This document shows, in pieces, positions 60,039-64,000 of a stretch of 64,000 bases of DNA (position 1 is its first letter; every line of letters starts with the position of its first letter). The notes under the pieces are model-generated. The model ran no database searches, was not told where the DNA came from, and saw nothing but the letters and a program-made list of their open reading frames with translations. The position numbers and the translations under genes were made by a program. Source of the DNA: Thermoanaerobaculia bacterium (GTDB taxonomy: Bacteria; Acidobacteriota; Thermoanaerobaculia; Multivoradales; J023); NCBI GenBank assembly GCA_030431255.1, contig JAUIJL010000034.1, positions 5,909-69,908 of the forward strand, given 5' to 3'.

Positions 60039-60119
60039 TCGATGTTGTCCAATTCAGAAAGTTTCTATCAATCTCGATTGGCTTTACATCACTCAGGATG
60101 TTCCAGATGCTGGCTAGAT

Positions 60120-60500
60120 CTACCAGGAAGTTTCCTCGAACGGATTGAAGACCAACGCACCCGTTTCTTTGACGTCTTCGACGTTGCGGGTCACAAGGGT
60201 TAGATTGTGGACCTCAGCGGTCGCTGCCAGTAAGGTGTCGATGATGGGCAAGGAGCGGCCGGAGCTCATTCGACCTCAAGCCTCTGCCACGTATTGATCT
60301 ACCGGGAGTATGGACCCTTCGAAGGCGGTGAGGAGGTCGGATAGCCAGCCCTCGAGTTGTTCGGCCCTGCGCGGATCTCGGGATTTCGCCTTTTCGATCC
60401 CTTTGCGTATCTCTCCAATCACAAGTGAACTCAGAAAAAGGTCTTGATCCTCTACTAGTCGAAACCACTCGCCGACCTCTGGGTGACTTCGCGGCCCGGG
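60120..60500 (-). pseudogene. vapC: VapC/PIN-domain toxin pseudogene
   Basis: Manual translation: HPEVGEWF...LFLSSLVIGEIRKGIEK...LEGWL...ILPVDQYVAEA*GRM...IDTLLAATAEVHNLTLVTRNVEDV...VFNPF. In-frame TGA at 60276-60278 where Trp is expected; the N-terminal LLDTN motif is absent. Confidence 0.85.
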
Positions 60501-60751
60501 TTGCGGTGGAGGTCGATTTCTTGAGGAGTTGCTTGCAGCACTGCCTTCTTGCTGATGCCGGGGCTTGGATTTAGCAGATCTCTGAGCTCTGCCCGAACCT
60601 TAGTAGCGAGGTCCGTTTGCCCGCGAAGAGTTCGAGCCAGCTCTTGGACGAGCGGGCGATCCTGTGTCGAGGTCAGCACCTCTAAGGGTACGAGGTCCGG
60701 TGCTTCAAGGTGGGGCTGATTGTCAGAGGTGCTTTTTCGCGGCGATGTCAT
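60455..60751 (-). CDS. Small protein, probable antitoxin (VapB/FitA-like) whose 3' end runs into the vapC remnant
   Basis: TATAAT (60771-60776) and GGAGGAGG RBS upstream; AELRDLL...SKKAVLQATP.EIDL.R.PGREV resembles antitoxin C-termini; lies upstream of the PIN gene. Confidence 0.5.
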   Translation of the reverse strand: MTSPRKSTSDNQPHLEAPDLVPLEVLTSTQDRPLVQELARTLRGQTDLATKVRAELRDLLNPSPGISKKAVLQATPQEIDLHRNPGREVTQRSASGFD

Positions 60752-60848
60752 CTCGGATCCTCCTCCGACAATTATACCCGGTCGGGTCCGGAGAGCCCGG
60801 GCGGTTCGTAGGACCAGACGAGGTGCCAGGCATCTATTCGATGGCTGA

Positions 60849-63116
60849 CTACGGCAGCTCGACGGCGACCACTGAGCCGTTGCGATCCACGGTGACGACT
60901 AGCTGCCTGCCGTTTCGGTCGATGCCGATGGGGCTGCCGATGATCGGGCCGGACATGTGGAGGCGCCAGAGCTCTTCGCCGTTGACTGCGTTGACCGCGT
61001 GCAGGGATTGGTTTTGGCTGCCGGTGTAGACGATGCCGTCGTAGGCTTCGGGGGCGCCGGTGCAGCGGTGGCCGATGCTCAGGCGCCAGGCTTCCGCGCC
61101 GGTTAAGGCGTCTACCGAAGACAGGTTGCCGTCGTCGCCGCAGAGGAAGACCGCGCCGAAGTGGGTGGTTGGGTTGAGGCGGAATCCGGCGCCGATGGAG
61201 GACGTCCACCGATTGCCGCCGACGGCGGGCTCGAAGGCGTAGGCTTTTCCGCCGGCGTCGGCGGCGTAGACGGTGTCGTTTTCGAAGTGGAGCCCGGCGG
61301 CCACGGCGGCTGAGGTTTCCATGGACCACAGCTCGCGGCCGGTGGCGGTGTCGAGGGCGAAGACTCGCGCGGCGGTGGTGCCGAAGAAGACGACTCCGTC
61401 GCCCACGGCGGGTGCGCCGGTGATCGGACCGCCGAGGGAGCGGACCCACAGCCGGGTTCCGCTGGCCGGGTCGAACGCGGCCGCGCGGCCGTCGGCGGTG
61501 CCGACGAAGAGGTGCTCCGCCAGGGCGAGCGATTGCGCTTTGAGCCGATTCGGGGCTCCGGATTTGGGGGCTCCCCACAGCTCGGCGCCGTTGTCGAGGG
61601 CGAAGGCCTGGAGATCACCGCCGGCGATGACCACCACCAGATTGAGCTCTTGGGATGCCACTGGCCGATGTCGGGGTGACCGCTGACCGGAAGCAAGTTT
61701 CTTCGTCCAAAGGGTCTCGCCACTGCCCACGTCTAGGCATGAAAGCCGGCTCTGATGGTGTAGGAGGATCCGATCTCCATCCACGGTAGGTGGAGCGAGA
61801 GCGGCTCCCAGCGCTCGACTCCAGCGGATCTGTGGAGTGCCGTCGAAGAAGGTGGGGCCGACCCTGATTTCCGGTCGGCGCTCGATGGGTGGTATCGGCT
61901 CGAAGGCTGAAGATGGCAGGGTGACGCCGTAGAGGGCGCCGTCGACGCCGCCGAAAAGGACCCGATTGCCGTGGATCGGATGACCGTAGACCGAGAGCGC
62001 TCCGGTGATGAAGGCGTCGGTCTCGAACCGCCACCGCTCCACACCTTGATTCAGGTCGTAGGCGCTCAGCAGATGCTCACCGCTGCCGACCAGCACCAGG
62101 TCGTCAAAGCCCCTTGGGCCGGATCGGAAGGACCCTTCCAGCGGCCGTCGCCACAGCTCCCGGCCTTCGAGGTCGAAGGCAAAAAGGGTGTCTCCCCCGG
62201 CGACTAAAACCCGCGGCCCTTCCCCTTGACGACGGACGATTTCCGGCGCGGCGGAGACGAACTCATGGGTCAGGGCTCGCCACTTCTCTTGGCCGGTGTG
62301 GGCGTCGAGGCACCACAAGAAACCGTTGCCCACCAACAAGAGGTCCGAGCCCACCAGCTTGGGGGCGGAGCGTGTGTCGAGGCTCAGCTCGGCCAGCCAT
62401 CGCGGGGCGCCATCGGCGGCCTGAAGGGCGCGCACATGGCCTCCTTGGGTCACCAGGAAGGCTCGTTTCGGGCCCAAGACGGCGGCTCGCACGCCGGCAT
62501 CGTCCGCCGGCAGCTCGTAGGCCCAACGCATGGATCCACTGGCCGGATCGCGGGCTACTAGCCGACGCTGGGAGCCGCCGTGAATCAGGCGCTGGTCGTC
62601 GGCTGCCCAGGCCTCGGTGGCTTTGGGGTCCAGCTTTTGGGTCCAGCGTTGCTCTCCGGTGTCGGCGACTAAGGCGTAGAGCCAGCCCAGCTCATCGACC
62701 ACCAACACCAGGTCCCGGGACAGCATCGGCGCTTGACGCACGCGACCCTTGGCGCGGGCAGTCCACCGCTTGGTGCCGTCCCTGGAGTCGAGGGCGTAGA
62801 TCTGACGATCATCGCTGCCGAAAATGAGGGGGCCCGCTTCCGGCGCCACCGGATTCGACCACACCTCGCCCCCGGTGCGCGCGCGCCAGAATTCCTCCGC
62901 TTTGTCGGGAGCTGGTACCGACTCGCCCTGACCGGCTTCGGCGACCTGCCACGGACGGGTTGGAATCACCCGCCGGATCGAGTCTTCCGTCGGCTCCGGA
63001 CGGCCACATCCAAAGCCTGCCGAGAGGAGGGTGGCTAACGACCCGAAAAGCAGCCACCGACGGAACGGAGACTGGCTCCACCGGATCGGGTTTGCGGCGC
63101 GGGCGAGCGGTGACAT
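60849..63116 (-). CDS. PQQ-like beta-propeller repeat lipoprotein (BamB-like, at least two propellers)
   Basis: Lipobox GFGC; many YALDxxTGxxxW repeats. Confidence 0.88.
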   Translation of the reverse strand: MSPLARAANPIRWSQSPFRRWLLFGSLATLLSAGFGCGRPEPTEDSIRRVIPTRPWQVAEAGQGESVPAPDKAEEFWRARTGGEVWSNPVAPEAGPLIFGSDDRQIYALDSRDGTKRWTARAKGRVRQAPMLSRDLVLVVDELGWLYALVADTGEQRWTQKLDPKATEAWAADDQRLIHGGSQRRLVARDPASGSMRWAYELPADDAGVRAAVLGPKRAFLVTQGGHVRALQAADGAPRWLAELSLDTRSAPKLVGSDLLLVGNGFLWCLDAHTGQEKWRALTHEFVSAAPEIVRRQGEGPRVLVAGGDTLFAFDLEGRELWRRPLEGSFRSGPRGFDDLVLVGSGEHLLSAYDLNQGVERWRFETDAFITGALSVYGHPIHGNRVLFGGVDGALYGVTLPSSAFEPIPPIERRPEIRVGPTFFDGTPQIRWSRALGAALAPPTVDGDRILLHHQSRLSCLDVGSGETLWTKKLASGQRSPRHRPVASQELNLVVVIAGGDLQAFALDNGAELWGAPKSGAPNRLKAQSLALAEHLFVGTADGRAAAFDPASGTRLWVRSLGGPITGAPAVGDGVVFFGTTAARVFALDTATGRELWSMETSAAVAAGLHFENDTVYAADAGGKAYAFEPAVGGNRWTSSIGAGFRLNPTTHFGAVFLCGDDGNLSSVDALTGAEAWRLSIGHRCTGAPEAYDGIVYTGSQNQSLHAVNAVNGEELWRLHMSGPIIGSPIGIDRNGRQLVVTVDRNGSVVAVELP

Positions 63117-63159
63117 CAGGAGCGATTACGAAAGTAGTGGTTGCGGCTCGGGTGGCGAT

Positions 63160-64000
63160 TCAGCGGACCTGATCCCACGCCAACACGGCTCGTACCTCGA
63201 CCTTCTTGCGTCCGGGGACTTGAATCTCCACATCCCGTGCGGACAGGTCGTCGACTGGTCGGTCCGTGTAGTAGGTGAGCAAATACTGGCTGCGCAGCTC
63301 GTCGGAAATTTGCTGAAACGCCCGGTCGAGACCGCCCCGGGCGCCGGTCCTCAACAATCGGCCACCGGTGGGATCCGTCAGAAGCTTGAGGGAGTGGATC
63401 GGTGCCTCATTTTGAATGCCGGCCCGGCCGCGGGACACATCCCGTTGCACCATGGCCACCACATAAACCGGGATGCCCAGCTGCTCGCCGAATTTCACCA
63501 CCTGATCGGGATCGCTGTGACTGCCGTAGTCCATGCCGTCGGTCAGCACCACCAAAGCTCGGCGACCCGGCTCGTTGCCGAATTGCAGCATGGAAAAAAC
63601 GATCGAGTCGTAGAGGGCGGTGATGCCTTCGGGTTTCACGTCCTCCATGGCTCGGTCGATGTCCATGGGGTCGTCGGTCCAACCTGCGGCTAGCTGGACC
63701 TGGTCCGAGAAGGTGGTCAGGAAGGCCCGATCCTTTGGACCCATGAGGGAGCCCAGGAACGATTGGACCGCCCCGCGCGTGGCCATCCAAAGGCGATCCA
63801 TGCTTTGGGAGGAGTCGACCACCAGGCCCAACGTCAGGGCGACATCGTCGGCGGGCTGTAAGCTGTCGACCGAGCGGTCCACGCCTTTTTCGACCAGCTT
63901 GAATTCTTCCTTCTTCATGCCCCGGATGGGCGGCCCGTTCTTGCGGTTGACCAGGACTTGGAGCTGGATCAGGAACGTTTCCCCGCGCTCGACGTTCTGC
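63160..64000 (-). CDS. Acidobacterial-type VWA-domain protein, 5' end outside the window
   Basis: Frame stays open from 63918 to the window end (QLQVLVNRKNGPPIRGMKKEEF); DSSQS, GITALYD, LTDG, TGG and QYLLTY. Confidence 0.85.
   Translation of the reverse strand, partial: QNVERGETFLIQLQVLVNRKNGPPIRGMKKEEFKLVEKGVDRSVDSLQPADDVALTLGLVVDSSQSMDRLWMATRGAVQSFLGSLMGPKDRAFLTTFSDQVQLAAGWTDDPMDIDRAMEDVKPEGITALYDSIVFSMLQFGNEPGRRALVVLTDGMDYGSHSDPDQVVKFGEQLGIPVYVVAMVQRDVSRGRAGIQNEAPIHSLKLLTDPTGGRLLRTGARGGLDRAFQQISDELRSQYLLTYYTDRPVDDLSARDVEIQVPGRKKVEVRAVLAWDQVR

Noticed and set aside
60276-60278. UGA recoding (Trp or Sec) in vapC
   Set aside because: TGA ends many genes in this window, and the toxin also lacks its N-terminus, so decay is the simpler explanation.

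Overview
GC-rich bacterial chromosome segment. The gene content points to Acidobacteriota, probably Thermoanaerobaculia-like (inferred from Acidobacterial-type VWA proteins, an ADOP-type duplicated permease and sulfatase-TPR lipoproteins). Housekeeping genes: argF/arcB, pepQ, moaA, arsC, two tRNA-Val, thrS-rpmI-rplT, zapB-like/zapA, 6S RNA, rny, ymdB, a DAACS symporter and aroC. A large envelope set surrounds them: four VWA proteins, TPR proteins, two GT-C-type membrane glycosyltransferases, three Thr-type sulfatase/LtaS-like enzymes, a 1.5 kaa beta-sandwich repeat protein, an RND pump and a PQQ-propeller lipoprotein. There are two candidate anti-phage inserts: an ABC-ATPase + DUF4276/TOPRIM-like pair, and a 2147-aa nuclease-STAND (Avs/NLR-like) gene directly downstream of a decayed vapBC locus that the ORF track misses. 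Main leads: (1) the nuclease-STAND gene behind a disabled toxin-antitoxin locus whose promoter is intact; (2) a TPR-VWA module present both as a two-gene pair and as a fused paralog, amid glycosylation and phospho/sulfo-transfer enzymes; (3) regulatory signals: a twice-repeated MarR palindrome, a 32-bp tandem palindromic repeat, ECF-type promoters and leaderless starts; (4) infC and pheST are missing from their usual operon. All functional calls come from motif recognition; no database searches were run.
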